Assembly: GCA_013239625.1 (NCBI GenBank)
Contig: MU053629.1
Span: 1,887,567-1,951,566, forward strand
Direction of reading: 5' to 3'
DNA length: 64,000 nt
DNA from: Lama guanicoe
Lineage: Eukaryota
Part shown: one piece after another, positions 13,152 to 25,418 of the stretch
Position numbering within the stretch: the first letter of the stretch is position 1
Layout of the letters: each line of letters begins with the position of its first letter
Notes under the pieces: generated by a model
The model's database searches: none
The model's input: only the letters and a program-made list of their open reading frames with translations
Told to the model about the DNA's origin: nothing
Translations under genes and position numbers: made by a program

Positions 13152-13256
13152 CTGATTTCGTAGAGGCTGCTGTGACGGCCGGTCCCTGTGCGCGTGGCTC
13201 TCTCGGGTCATTGCGGATGCGCCAGAATCTACGTGGACAGACCCTACTGGAGTAGG
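13152..13256 (-). CDS. CSNK1G1: CSNK1G1 coding exon (exon 10), 105 nt: [35 protein letters not shown]
   Basis: ttcccag|CCTACT...AATCAG|gtgtgt; phase 0-0. Confidence 0.94.
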
Positions 13257-13924
13257 CTGGGAACATATAAGAAAAAGTCAAATGGGGAAGAGAGGGCCAA
13301 CTTACTGTCTCTGCAAAGGACAGCATCATTCTAATTCTAATTCTAACAGGACAGAAGTAATGATTATTTTCAGCCACCAAGGGCAGTTCAAGTCTTCCTG
13401 CTTTCTCAGTTTGCATATCTGCAGAAGGGAGACAGTTTGGTCCTCACTAATTCATTGGAGAGTAGCTTCCTTTGAAAAGAGAACAAAAAACAAAAAAACA
13501 AAAAAGAAAACCATCCTACAGTGATGACTATTCACGCTCGCAGGCCCTGTGGACCGCAGGCTAGAAGAGCCAATTCAAAGGCTTCCTGTGGTGCTGGGCT
13601 CCACTCCTACAAACGTCAGGCACCTTAACAGTTTATGTAGCATCAGCTCCTGGATCATTCAAATAAAACTTCTACTTAAAAACCAGCTTAACTTCTGGTA
13701 TGTTAGGACATACTGGTCATAATCTTTTAAAAACACAGGAAGCAGGAGTAACTCCTTTATAACTCCAATGAGATCAACCTACGGTATCACCTTGAAAAGG
13801 CTGGCAAGTGTAGAGCTGACAGTGAAAGGAATGTTTTTTTTTCCTATTTATTTAAGCAGAAAATCTGACAAGTACAGGGATGAGAAAGCTGGTCTGAGGT
13901 GAACAGGTAGAAGAGGATACTTAC

Positions 13925-14073
13925 AATAGGCCTCCCCACCCAATCATAGGCGTAGTCAAAGGTGTAGCCTTTCTTTTCAAAGAGGTCTGTGAAGAGGGTC
14001 CGTAAATACTCATAGTCAGGCTTTTCAAAGAAGTCTAATCGCCTGACGTATCGCAGGTAGGTTGCCATCTCCT
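13925..14073 (-). CDS. CSNK1G1: CSNK1G1 coding exon (exon 9), 149 nt: (E)[49 protein letters not shown]
   Basis: ctaacag|AGGAGATG...CCTATT|gtaagt; ORF 13844..14068. Confidence 0.97.
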
Positions 14074-14345
14074 CTGTTAGGAAAGAAGTTAAAGGCCGTG
14101 CTCGTTAGCTGAATGCTTCTCGGGGGGAGAAGCTCTGGGCCAAGCAGGAAACACCTGTACGCACTATTTTACACTGATGTTTTCTTTATGGACCAAATCA
14201 AAGCGATAAAACCTACCCTGATTTAAATAATAAAAGGAAACATGAATTTTCTGGAGAGCACCCTTAACTAGAGATACTAACGCATGGTCTCCACCTGCTT
14301 CAAAGCTTCAGTCACAGGGGCTGGAGTGTTCTTTCAGCAGCCTAC

Positions 14346-14430
14346 CTGGAAAGTTTTCACAGAGAGCTTCAATGGGAGTATTCCTTTTGGTGTCACCAAT
14401 TTTTTGATATCTCTCTTTTAATGTATCCGC
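14346..14430 (-). CDS. CSNK1G1: CSNK1G1 coding exon (exon 8), 85 nt: [28 protein letters not shown](E)
   Basis: ctttacag|GCGGAT...TTTCCAG|gtaggc; read by hand. Confidence 0.96.
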
Positions 14431-16279
14431 CTGTAAAGAATAAAGAGAGAAGGTTATTTGGAATGAGGTACTAAGTGTAAGAGGTCCAGTATGTTTGGGG
14501 ACACAATGGTTATTTCATGCAAACTGGCAGGATTTCCTAGATGGTCTCAATTTTTTCCTAATACGAACAACTGAGAAATGTAGCAGAGATGATATACTTG
14601 GATATGTACAAAACATCTGCTCCATTCTGTAACGTTTTACTTGCAAACATATTTCGTTGTCTCAGAAAAACGTCATCAAATGTAATGACACGAGTGACTA
14701 GGATAAGAAAATAAAAATGGGATGTAGCAATAATTTTCATTTTAACAGCTTAAGAATATCCCATGACCACTAGGGTTCAAAAGTTGAGTCAGTGCTCTCC
14801 TTCTTAGATCAGCTCTAGATAAGATTTTATACTAATGCAACTGGGGGCAAATAGATAGATCGCTCCACTGCATAATCATTGTGAAGTTGAACCAAAAAAA
14901 GGGGACAAGATGTAGAAAAACTGCCTTTCCACAATGTGTTTCCAGAGGGGGAACTGTTATTAGCTATGAGGCAGGCACGGCTAACAGTCAAGCGTGTTAT
15001 ATGTCAGTGGCTCAAGCCAGCCAAGTCTGGTTTGTTCAAGACTGCAGACAGAGGGCTCCTGGAGCTTAGACCAATGATGTGGTTTCAAGGAATTCTCACG
15101 ACACTCTATCCAGTCGGCTGGATCCAGCTTTAAGCAATAATGTTCTGAAGTACGTTGGAGAAAATTTTAGATCTACAACTACCACTAAAATAATTCATGG
15201 ACCATGAGAAAGTTTCAAGCAATTAATAATACATGAATGTACTGTTTGGCTGTATGATGAGCAAGCAGGATGTGAAACTCTGTTTGATGGCTGTCAATAT
15301 CATTGAGAGGGTATATGTGACTAGGAGAAGACCGTGGAGAAAATGTTAGGAGAAGAATTTAAAGGGAAAGAAAAAAAACTGTCCCAAAAGGAAAGGATAA
15401 AAGCCTTACTTTTCAGGACAATGTCCAAGAAAGCATAGCAAAATGAATCATTCTGCTCTTCTGGAGGGAGGGAAGGGGGTACTATAGGACCCAAAGTTAC
15501 TGATTAAGTTTCCTCCCATACTAATATGTTGAAATACAACTCAAAAATGTCTCACATTTAGGTATCTAATAGGACTCGGAATGGGTTAGAAGCTCTCCAC
15601 TTCCTAGTCTAACAGCCAGAGGCACAGAGTAATCATTACAACGATTGTAACTATAATTAATAGTTAACTTTGACACAAATGCACTGTACTGACACCTACC
15701 TAAGGAAGGCTATTTAAACCACACATTTCTCAAGAAACACCTATTGTCTGCATAGGCATTTATTTAATTGAACACCTGAACCACAATGTTAAACTTGGAT
15801 TTTTGTTTTAGTTCAGGTGGGTCCTTTGTGTTTATAGAATGAACAAATATTTCTCAGCACACCTGGCCCCGCTGGCCTTGCTGGCAAAATGTGTAGCAGC
15901 TGCTGTCATCAGTTTGTTCCAGAAATTCCCCAACACCCTGGGAACACTCTTCCTGCTACATAATGGTAGCGAAGGAGGGATATAAACAGAGGGAGAAAGG
16001 CAGCGCTGCCAAGGCTGGGAGGGAATGAGGAAAGATTATGGAAACCCTGAAAACAAGGAAGAAGGATTCAGAAGGGGCAGAAGACAAATGTGGGCAAAGC
16101 AGAGCTTCTGACGCTCAGGTGAGCATTTACATCATAGACTTAATAATATAGCTAGTTCCTGCTTCCCATCCCTGTAGCCAGTCTCCCCTTTGTGCTTCTG
16201 ACAGACATCAAGTCAGCAACCCCTTGATTAACAACTGAGTATTTAAACAAAGCTCTCCACCGAGCACTTGCAAAGCTAC

Positions 16280-16365
16280 CTTGAGTCCTTGCCAGGGTAG
16301 GCTGCCTCGGAGGAAATACATGAACATATGGCCCAGGGCTTCCAAATCATCCCGCCGACTTTGCT
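16280..16365 (-). CDS. CSNK1G1: CSNK1G1 coding exon (exon 7), 86 nt: (E)[28 protein letters not shown]
   Basis: ttcag|AGCAAAGT...CTCAAG|gtagct. Confidence 0.96.
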
Positions 16366-18124
16366 CTGAAAGGGAAGAAAGATCACACATTATGTTTGCA
16401 GTTATTACAGCAGAAAGGGGCTCAAAAATAAGTAATCCCTTCAGAAACCTGTCTGTTCTGGAAAGGCTCTGTTTATAATTCTTTGTATATCTAAATCAGG
16501 GATAGTATTTTAGATCAAAACCAAAAAAAACCAGTGCGTACTTCCTCTGCCTAGATCTGTTACTGGCAAGTAAATATCAAGTGAAAAGAGCAAATCCTAA
16601 ACTAAAACCAAATCCAAATCAGTACATGGTGAGTAACCACCCCCCACTCAATGCCGTCACGTTCCTGGAAAGAAGATAATTTAATGAATGTTATTTGTAG
16701 CACAGGGGCTACAATTACTCTTTGGTTACCATCATGTCAAGTGAGCGGCAGACTTAGGGCAGCTGAGGCTGTAAAAACGGTCCATTCTGGCTAGGCCTGC
16801 AGAGACACAAGCTGCAGAATGGCTAGCATACACGCCTAGTGCTTCTTATTCATCATAAAAATTAATACTTGAAATTTAGTTTAATGTGAGTGAACATCAA
16901 TGCAGAAACCTCAGCTCCATTTCATTTGTACTATGTCCCATGTACTATGCCTTAAGAAGATTTTAAAATTTATTACTAAGATGCTCTTTCTAGGCACATA
17001 AGAGAATCCCAGTGTTCAGGGAGCTTATCATGTCAAACAAGTTGTTGGATTTTTCTTTCTTTCCTTTAAATTGGGACGATAAAGATGGCAAAGAACTGCA
17101 GAATAGCTAATAAAAGATTCTAACTACATCTCAGAAAACATATATATTCTTTGGCTGTCATACAATAAGTCGTACACTAATGGTTCACCTCAGACATTTT
17201 ATGGGTTTACTTTCCAGAATCAAGTTCTGAGCTATATCAAAAGAAATTACAGATGCCACGAATCAGGGGCTACCTTAAACTTGATTTTGTTTTTCTTTGT
17301 GCAGAAAGTAAAACCTAAGAGGCAGGGAGGCAGGGAAAGCTATTCAGCTAACTCAAAATACAAAAGCACAACATGTTTAACTGCTGCCTCCACTTACGGG
17401 GAATTTGCATGAAAAAGAGTGAATTGTACTCCACAGGGTAGATGAAGAAGGAAAAGGCAACTTTCTAAATTGCACTTTGAAGCTTTTTGGAAATGAGGTC
17501 ACTAAAGGGAGGGGGAGGGGAGGCACCCTGACAAGACATACAAATAACATAGTTAATACGCATCAACTGAAATAATCTTAAAAAGAGTGAAATAAAACAG
17601 CAAGACCATCAGAAGCTTTTGCCTACAAGGCTTGCCTGAAGTCTGCAATAAATTTCTTACATAATTGGAAACAAAAAGTCTTTAGATAAAAAGATTTTTG
17701 TTAACAGAACCTAAAGATACACAAATAAAAAAAGAACAAGCAGGTGAGCTGAGGCCTCCCACAAAGCAGGGCAGATAAAGAAACCACACCCTGCAGGTTC
17801 TCACACTGTATCACACCTACTGGTCGCCTCTGCATTTCGTATTGACTTTCTGTAAGGAGGCCCCTTGGTAATAAAAACTTCACCAGACAAGTAGTTGCAC
17901 TTTAGATAGTTGGGCACTAGAGGGCGAAACTCTCCACATTTTCAAAGATTCTTCGGCCCTACAGAAAAAAGCCTAACTTCTCTTCACAGCAAAGCCCATT
18001 ATGAAATGAAATTTTGATTTTTAAAATAAAACAACAAAAAAAACCCAAACACATTTAAACTCACTGGAATAAGAAAGTAACTTTTCAAATACTAAAAGCC
18101 ACGAAAAAAAGCCGTGAAACAGGG

Positions 18125-18312
18125 GATAACAGGAAAAATGATGGTTGCTGAGTCAGGTCATCTAGGTCTTGGCCTGTCCTTTCCACTAATTTATTAATCC
18201 ATGTGAAATTAAGCATGGCCAAATCTCGTTTTGGGTCTCAATTTCCTCATCTGAAAATTAAAGCGATTGATTTAGATAATTTTAAAAGTCATCTTCCAGC
18301 TCTAAAATTCTA
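18125..18312 (+). mobile_element. MIR SINE
   Basis: Core gggtctcaatttcctcatctgaaaatt...ttccagctctaaaattcta. Confidence 0.6.
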
Positions 18313-18325
18313 AAATAATCCATGA

Positions 18326-18402
18326 TAATTTAAACCATTATGGTTTAAACCTTAATTTAAACCATTATGGTTTAAACCTTAATTTAAACCATTAAGGTTT
18401 AA
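18326..18402. repeat. 27-bp palindromic minisatellite, ~2.85 copies
   Basis: Unit TAATTTAAACCATTATGGTTTAAACCT at 18326 and 18353, partial at 18380. Confidence 0.9.
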
Positions 18403-19169
18403 CTCCCCCACCTCCAAAAAAAAAAGTGGAAACCAGAGCCATGCTTTATTTCCATATTTCTTTCAACACTCTACATTCATTCAATTCAGTTTTTTCATGC
18501 ATTTTCAAAGAAAGAGACCAGGAGGACACAAAATTCTTCTACACTATAAAGGCTTGCTTTCAACCAATCAGAAAGATGTGTTTGGTTTATGAACATCACA
18601 TCTCTTATTTTAGGTCAAATGTATTTTGTTGAAGGGAAAAGGCCCGATGACCCAGGGTCCTCACCCAAACTTCAAACATTAAGGAATACAAAGATGGGCA
18701 GGCTTCACCAGGGGGAAGGTGGCTAATGTGATGTAGTAAATGTCAGATTTAGGAGACTTCTTCCTTTGTTTTCTGCCCTCACAAAATTAATAGGAAATTC
18801 TCTCCAAGTCATTTGCAGATACACTTCCCTTTTTCTTCATTACAACATAAAGGATGCTACACATTTGAAAACCAACAGGATCAGAGTTCCTATGGAAAAC
18901 TCTCTGGTGTTAGACCATGGCCAGAGTTTACAGGAATGTGACAACCGTCTACATGTATTCTCTGTAATATAGACGTTACAGACAAATATGGTGACAGGCT
19001 GGATCTGACCAGAAAAAAACTCTAGAACTCAAGAAGTCCACATTTGGAAATAAATTTAAAAATTCCAGCAGAAATGGTTACACCAAGAGATAAAGGAACC
19101 CAGTCTAATGACTATAGATGCTTAAAACATATTCTGCTGAGTATGTGATAACTACTATTATAGAGTCTA

Positions 19170-19750
19170 GTTACTATCAGGCACTCTGCCAAGCAGTTTA
19201 TATCACTATCTCACAGGACCCTATAATATAAGGCACTATTATTACACCCATTTCAGGATCGATGAGATCACTGATGCTGAGGGACGAAGGTTATCGGATC
19301 ACAGAGCTTTAAGTGAAAGAGCTAGAATTTACAGCCCTTTTTCCTTAACCATTACACTGTGCCTTATACAAACAACACGGTGACCCATCCCTTATCTGTT
19401 CTTAACTTCTCTGACGAGAATAATAAAAAGAGAACACAAGTTGCTGGGCCCAGGAAGCAGGCATTAGAACAACAACTTCTAGACTCTGTCGGTCAAACCA
19501 AGCAATCATGACTTCACTGCTGGCCACACAGTCTGTCTCCTTGCAAAAAGGAAGAAGGGAACACGGAGCACTATGCAAGTGACCTGGGTTACATATATGA
19601 CCACTCATTCAACCCTCAAAACATCCTTGTGAGAGATCATTCTTTTTTTTTTTACAGGTAAGTTTCAGGGAGATTAAGTAACTTGTCCAAAGTGACACTG
19701 ATAATAAGTGGCAGAGAACCTTCCAGTCTGATTTTAAAGTACTATATTCA
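19170..19750 (-). mobile_element. Two MIR remnants (~19170-19360 and ~19560-19750)
   Basis: ggcactctgccaagc...attacacccatttca; agattaagtaacttgtccaaagtgacac...taagtggcagag. Confidence 0.6.
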
Positions 19751-20803
19751 GTTAAGTGAGGATATCCATGTGGTTACCGAAAAAGCCCTGAGAGCACTCA
19801 TTCCAGCTCAGGCAGTATCAGACTACTCTGTAATGTCATTTTTACTCTTCACTAATACTAGAATCCTCACCTGAATACCCACACAGTTTACTCAGTGAGG
19901 CAACTCTGTTAGCTGCATTAGTCTTTAAAATACCTATTAGTGGACAACAGTTCATTAATATTAAACACCTTATTTAATTAGCTGTGTCTAGGGATGTAAT
20001 ATTCTGTTTGTATGTCTACTCTCTAGGGTGACGATTTTCAAACATATTTTTTCAATCTCCTTAGAATCCTTTCTTCAAATAGACTCTTCCATGAAAGCCC
20101 AATATATAAAACAGATAAAAAGGGAAGCTTTCCTGGAGAAGCTGGCGAGGGCTCAAGGCCCCACCTACTGGGCCTTCCCACTGTTCCTTAGGTTTGTCTC
20201 ACAAATACTCTCCTCTGGACTAGTTCCTCTAAAAAGCAAGGCCTTCTGCCTTGACCAAAGCTTTTAGCAATATTTGTGCAAACTGTCTATCCTAAATAAA
20301 ATTTAAGACTCATAAAAAAAAAAACAAATATACTTTCACTGAGTAAGACATGAGCTTTTCCTTGAAGAATCAGTCATGAACTTACGCACAGCGAACAGAA
20401 GTCTAGTCCGTGTTTTAGTGAAACACTCTTCTCCAAGGCAGGTACCAGCCTGATTATGAATGGGGTCTGTTTCAGGACTGTTATAAATGGGGTCATTCAT
20501 ATGTGAATAGCAAACTCATCACTAAACTTACTAAAATGCTGTTACCTTAATTCAATAATTCAGGTACCCACACTGCTGAGAAACAAAAAATTTGGAAACA
20601 AAAAATTAAAAATCCTTAAGTTGTCAACAGGATACTTAGGAAAGCCTCAAACTTACCATTTTATTTTCTTAAGTATAATAATCACTTACCCTGTGAAGCA
20701 ATAAGAATCACAGATTGTAACACACCATGGGTACAAAAGCGTTACTGGAATAAAGAGTTGTTTTAACAACCTGCCCCTTTCATGGAGCAGAAAATAAACA
20801 CAC

Positions 20804-21038
20804 CTTTGCCAAGATGCGTGTTGATAGACATGTATCTTGCAGTTCCAGTTAAACTCTTGTGCTCCCTGTAAGGTATATGTTTTTTGGTTTCAGGGTCAAT
20901 GTATTCCTTGGCTAGACCAAAGTCTATAATGTGTATAACATGCTCTTTCTTATTGCCTTGTCGGCCAATCAGGAAGTTCTCTGGCTTGACATCTCGGTAA
21001 ATGAGGTTCTTTGAGTGCACATATTCCATTCGAGAAAG
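20804..21038 (-). CDS. CSNK1G1: CSNK1G1 coding exon (exon 6), 235 nt: [21 protein letters not shown]...DFGLAKEY...[10 protein letters not shown](E)
   Basis: tttag|CTTTCTCGAATG...GGCAAAG|gtgtgt; catalytic loop, DFG and CK1 SIN motif. Confidence 0.97.
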
Positions 21039-21713
21039 CTAAAAGAGAAAAAAAAATGATGGAAATACTCTAAAGAAGTTTACTGGAAAAATACATCAAA
21101 ATGTTCTCTTTTATCAGCCTATGGTTTTAATTACTGAAATTAGAATAAAACTCTTTTCTTCACCACCCAGAGTCACTTTACTCTTGTAAACCAGAATATA
21201 TTTTGATACAAATATATACATAACAAATATCCATGTAGAAGAAATCAAGTACAGTTCACCTAAAATGACAATACACAGTTTTATCACATAACATAACAAA
21301 TTGCAAATGATGAACAGAATTAAGTGTTTTTATGCTACTTCAGAAAGCATCTGAGAGGCAAGAAGTATTCCCAGACAGGATATCAGAATATATTGGTGGC
21401 CTTTGAAGACAGGGGCCACGGCCACATTCACCTCCTGCCCACATCTTCCCGCATTCAGTAGAATAGGACTCCCCAACCCAGCTCTCTTTGTTCCAGAAAT
21501 AAATGAGGCCCAGAGAAGTTAATATTGGACTGATGTCACAAGCTAATTAACAGCAGAGGTAGGAGGGCAGTTTTTATGAAAAAGTAAATGTAGCCCAAAA
21601 TAGTCATCATAAAATTATTCAAATTTCTTTAAGTTCATTTCTATCTTTGAAGATTTTCTTAGTATAGAAAGGGAAGACAGCATATTTCAATTTTTGACTC
21701 AAAAGTTAAGATC

Positions 21714-22157
21714 ACTACTCAGCCATTTGCAGCAACAAGGATGGACCTAGAGATTAACATACTAAGTGAAGTAAGGCAAGCAGAGAAAGACAAATATATC
21801 ACTTACATGTGGAATTTTTAAAAAGTGACTCAGATGAACATACTCACAAAACAGAAACAGACTTACAGACATAGAAAACAAACTTACGGTTACCAAAGGG
21901 GAAGGAAGGCAAGGAGGGATAAATTAGGAGTTTGGGATTAGCAGATACACACTACTGTATACAAAATAGATAAACAACAAAGTCCTAGTGTAGAGCACAG
22001 GGAACTATATTCAGTAGCTTGTAATAACCTATAATGAAAATGTATATATATATATATATAGAAACTGAATCACTATGCTGTAACACCAGAAACTAATACA
22101 ACATTATTATAAATCAATATAAATCAATTATACTTCAATTTAAAACAAACACACAAA
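21714..22157 (+). mobile_element. 5'-truncated L1 3' end
   Basis: gccatttgcagcaacaaggatggacctagagatt...atacttcaattt + A-rich tail; TSD AAAAGT(T/C)AAGATC (21701-21713 / 22158-22170). Confidence 0.88.
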
Positions 22158-22821
22158 AAAAGTCAAGATCTATTTTCTAACATTTCCAAATCTTTATGAT
22201 AGAGTAAGTGAGACCATCACCGTTTCAGATCAATAAAGGTGCACCTGCATCCTTCTGCTGAGGGGCTGACAAAATTCTCAAAAGGAACTGTCTTAACCGC
22301 AGCTGAGACTGGTACTGGTATGTAATTTGGCAGGAGCTGGGAGAGCTGCCTCTTGAGCTGTGTCAGTCTGTGTGAGAATTGGAGGCTCAAGAACTAAGGC
22401 AGGTTCTTGGTTAGACAACTTTGGAATCTGATTTTCGGGCAGTAGGTTACATCTTTCCTTGGATGAAATGGTAAGGGGAGAGGGATGGTATGACAAAACC
22501 TTATAGGCATGTGTTTAAAACCTATAAATAAAACATCGAAGAAATTACCTGCCATTGTACAATTTCACCTAATCATCTTCTTTCTCCCTATATACACTTC
22601 CACTTCAGCCAAGGGTGGAGTATTGCTCTCAGGTACAAATTCTTAAAATAGAGCAAGCAGCAAATGCAGTGTGACTTCTCCAGGTTAAGCCTTTTAGCCA
22701 CAGCCAGTGAGTGTGCATTCATGAGGTATCACTATAGCTGGTAAATCACCAACAGGGACAAAGGATGTGGCTGGGGGACCCACCCCACCTACACTTCTGC
22801 AGAATAGCAATGCCAACTTAC

Positions 22822-22973
22822 CAACTGGATGGCTATCATTAAAACAGTCTTCAAAGTAAAAGTTCGGTCACAGAGGTCAAACAAGTCCTCCAAGCTAGGG
22901 CCAAGAAGCTCCAGCACCATGGCATTGTATTTCCCACATGGTCCAAAGTAATACACCTGTGGGAGACCTTCAC
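22822..22973 (-). CDS. CSNK1G1: CSNK1G1 coding exon (exon 5), 152 nt: (G)[50 protein letters not shown]
   Basis: ctttcag|GTGAAGG...CAGTTG|gtaagt; inside ORF 22789..23154. Confidence 0.97.
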
Positions 22974-24030
22974 CTGAAAGCAGAAGGAAAATGGAGTGCA
23001 AAGTGAGGGGCACAAAACCCAAAATATGAGACAGCTGCATCGAATATAAAGGAGTAGATATATAAAGAGATCTAAAGTAGATATAAAGGAGATACAATTT
23101 GTGAGATTTCCATTTTTTTTTCATAGTCCCTACTGGTGAACTTAAACTGAGCACATTGTTAGCTTCAAAGGGAGCTAATAATAGGCGGGAAAGGCTAAGT
23201 CATTGTACAATATGTTCAAATAAGCAGTTATTTAAAACCAGAGTGCCAGAGGCATGTTTCCATTGCTATGTGAGACAGAGAATGGTCCCTGATCCACTGC
23301 TGGATCTGAGCGTAAGCTATTCTCCCCCAAGGATGCCCAAAAGTGTACTATATAAAAGGTTCAAAAGACAGCTCCCTGAGCTCAAAGGCCAGGCTCACAG
23401 ACCTTGCTGCATTAGCTGGTTTTATGTGCCCTCCCTATGCTTACTGTCAAAGCCACATGGAGATGGAGCTGTTTGCAACCGTTTGCCTCAAGGAGAACTC
23501 AGACTGAAAGGGTGAGGTCACAGAGGATGCAGACTGGTTCTTCTCATAGGCAGTCTCTGCAGTTTCCTGTTTTCTATCAGTTGGAGCTAAGTCAGCGACT
23601 GGGTTTGGTTACTGATAAGTAATTATGAAAGGAAGAGGAATAAAAATACAAGGCTGGGTTTTCCCCAATTTGAAATTCATAGTTATAAAGAAGCCAAAAT
23701 CTAGACTTTCTCACCTAAGTGGCAACTTGTGAATAAATTTCCTCCTTAAAGTGTATTGTAAATATGAGGCACACGGTAAATACGTATTAAATGGCACCAC
23801 GTGAACAGTGGATATGAATGAGACTATAGAATTTTCAAAAATCTGGTCTCAGAGCAGAAACACTTCCACCTTAATATACTGACGTGCACCACGGTCTGCA
23901 GGTGTATATGTTGCAGATTCCTGTTGGCTTCTATCTACAAGTTTTTTTGGACAACAAAATCCTCTCCATCTTCCCATTCTTTTTTTTTTTTTTTGTATAC
24001 AGGCAGGATACTGGCAGAGGTAATTATATC

Positions 24031-24401
24031 TACTGTGATTTGAATATTTGTGTCCCCCTCACCCCCAAAATTCATATGTTGAAAACCTAACGCCCAATGT
24101 GATGGTTTTAAGAGATGAGGGCATTTGGGAGGTGATTAGATCATGGGGCAGGGCCTTTATGAATAGAATTAGTCCCCTTAAAAAAGATACTCTACAGAGC
24201 TTTCCAGTCCCCTCCACCATGTGAGGACACAGCAGGAAGTCAGCAGTCTGCAACCCAGAAGACGGCCTTCCCCAGGACCTGATCATGCTGGCACCCTGAA
24301 CTTGGACTTGGAGCCTCTGGAACTGTGAGAAATAAATTTCTGTATTTATAAGCCACTCACTCTGAGGTATTTTGTTACAGAAGCCCCAAAGGACTAAGAC
24401 A
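24031..24401 (+). mobile_element. MaLR solo LTR (MLT1A-like)
   Basis: ...gaatatttgtgtcccc...aaattcatatgttgaa...gaactgtgagaaataaatttctg...gactaagaca; perfect 5-bp TSD ATATC (24026-24030 / 24402-24406). Confidence 0.88.
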
Positions 24402-24963
24402 ATATCTAAAACATAAAACTTTAACCCAACATGCCCATCTTTCTCTCCAGCACAGGTCTTATATATTTGGAAATTGGTTTAGTTTGCTGCTATGATATGT
24501 TTTTATTTCATGTGCTGCATCAGTCTATCTTATTCCACCTAAATACTAAACAACTCGATTTTTAGTGTTTTAATATGTCCATTCCCAGGTCGTACCATCT
24601 AATACAGTATACTCTGCTCCTGCGAGCTCCACAAATATTCACTGAATTGTCCTTGTGGTTGTTCTGAGTCTCCCTGTCTCCAAAAGGAAATGGGATTTAA
24701 TCTGAAGTCTCCTTCCCCCCCCTGTTGTTTTGAAGAACTCATTCTTCAGTTCATTTAATATATATAAAACCAAACAGCTGTTCCCAGTAAGTCCTACTGA
24801 GAAATCCAAAACAGAACACTATCATAGAGATTTATTGCTCTTATTAATCAGACACATGGTAGATTGTAGTCTGGGGATCTTTTAAATTTATATCCTATAT
24901 AATAGTTTTTGATGTTACTAAATTTTGTTTTCCTAATATAAATATTATATTCTTCAAAACAGG

Positions 24964-25418
24964 TTGTGGCAGATCTGTTGGCTGCCTGCCCAATTTCCAT
25001 TCCCTCCTTCAACAACAGAATTTCTAATTATTGTGAATAGTAAACTGCACAGCCGTAACTTTCTATTCTCCCTTGATAAAGGAATGGCCAGTGGATGGAA
25101 GCAGAAACTGTTGGATAGCGTGGTTCTAGAAAAGTTCTTTCAAGGTTGCTGACTCAAATTGGAGGTATGTTCCTTTGAGATGGCTGAAGCTCCAGAAGCC
25201 ATCTAGAGCTACCAGATACCTTGAAGATTTAAGACAATGCCAAGATGGATGGAACAAAATTGGAGGAACCTGTCCCTGGTGGCTGTGAAGCAACCACACC
25301 AATGGTGGACTTCCCTTCCCTCTGGACTTTATTAATCCGAAAGAAAAATCAACCTCTGTCTTGACTGAACTACTTATTTGGATTTTTTTAATAGCCAAGT
25401 CTAATCCTAATGAATAAA
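24964..25418 (+). mobile_element. Old MaLR LTR (MLT1J-like)
   Basis: tgtggcagat...ccaatttccattccctccttc...ctggact...agccaagtctaatcctaa. Confidence 0.55.

Noticed and set aside
17507..17523. G-quadruplex candidate GGGAGGGGGAGGGGAGG
   Set aside because: Only three runs of three or more G; weak.
18326..18402. CRISPR-like palindromic direct repeats
   Set aside because: No spacers, no cas genes, mammalian intron; it is a minisatellite.
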